Source of the DNA: Nitrososphaeraceae archaeon | GTDB lineage: Archaea > Thermoproteota > Nitrososphaeria > Nitrososphaerales > Nitrososphaeraceae | Assembly (NCBI GenBank): GCA_035250975.1 | Contig: DATFEP010000036.1 | Location: 1-27,321, forward strand | DNA: 27,321 bases | Direction of reading: 5' to 3' | Shown here: positions 26,617-27,321 of the stretch, one piece after another | How positions within the stretch are numbered: position 1 is the stretch's first letter | How the letters are laid out: each line of letters opens with the position of its first letter | Translations under genes and position numbers: made by a program | The notes under the pieces: generated by a model | What the model saw: only the letters and a program-made list of their open reading frames with translations | The model's database searches: none | Told to the model about the DNA's origin: nothing

Positions 26617-27321
26617 TTATCTTCCTTCTCCTCCTTTCTCACTTTTCCTCTTATCTGTTAGTGAATCAAATTTTGAATATTTTGAGTGAACTATTCCCTC
26701 AGAATCACAAATAATACTATGAATATCATTTATTCTATATTTATGATATTTAAAAGGAATATTTTGAAAATTATTACTATGATATAGACATAATAACGAT
26801 ACATTTAATCCATGATTTTTATTTAATTCTTCTATTGTTTGATCCCACCATTCTTCTAGAGCAATACACTGATCAAAATGTTTATATCTAAAGAGAAAAT
26901 TTGGAATATCGCATACTATTCTAATGTCTTTTTTATTGCCTAGTATTGCTTTCTCAAAAATTTCTTTTTTTAAATCTTCAAATGGTTTTAGATTGTTACG
27001 TACTGCATTGATATAATAATCACCACTATTTTTAATTACCATAAATTTTTTTTTTATTGGAGACTTTTTTAGATTAGTAAGTTGTGATAGTATTGTTTTT
27101 GGATGATCTTTTTTCATATTATGCATAGAAAGATAAATACATAATTGATTGTGTAGTAATCCTTCACCAAGATATCGTGATAGACTAGTTACAAAAGAAT
27201 CAGAAAAAGAAGGAGATTGTAATTCGTTCTCATAATACATACAAATATGTTCAGTCAGACTAAGAGAAAATGAATCATCAAATATATTTCGAAATAGATT
27301 ATTTGTAAGATGTAGGTTGTG
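26617..27321 (-). CDS. MEDS domain protein (5' end beyond window)
   Basis: The frame is open to the window edge (...EHICMYYE). IRIVCD, IALEEWW, LLCLY and DIH motifs. Confidence 0.78.
   Translation of the reverse strand, partial: HNLHLTNNLFRNIFDDSFSLSLTEHICMYYENELQSPSFSDSFVTSLSRYLGEGLLHNQLCIYLSMHNMKKDHPKTILSQLTNLKKSPIKKKFMVIKNSGDYYINAVRNNLKPFEDLKKEIFEKAILGNKKDIRIVCDIPNFLFRYKHFDQCIALEEWWDQTIEELNKNHGLNVSLLCLYHSNNFQNIPFKYHKYRINDIHSIICDSEGIVHSKYSKFDSLTDKRKSEKGGEGR

Overview
AT-rich accessory region that looks archaeal, most likely a soil ammonia-oxidising Nitrososphaeraceae. This is inferred from the archaeal Hsp20, the IS6/IS5-like transposase remnants, MEDS and receiver proteins, a cupredoxin, DM13 and CHRD proteins, and TATA/poly-T signals. 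The window is a patchwork of short unrelated gene modules and many pseudogenes: copper storage and regulation, patatin/ALDH/ADH, FMN reductase, cupredoxin plus adenylate cyclase, Hsp20, alpha/beta hydrolases, arginase-family, ABM and MEDS signalling. The most notable structure that the ORFs do not explain is a family of eight (plus one degenerate) co-oriented 40-90 bp intergenic sites between 9.7 and 23.6 kb. They come in two left-half types sharing a CCTCCGAGCCC motif and usually a GAGCCC-N11-GGGTTC-like inverted repeat, and they punctuate the gene modules like a cassette array. No recombinase is present in the window. No rRNA, intact tRNA or CRISPR array was seen.
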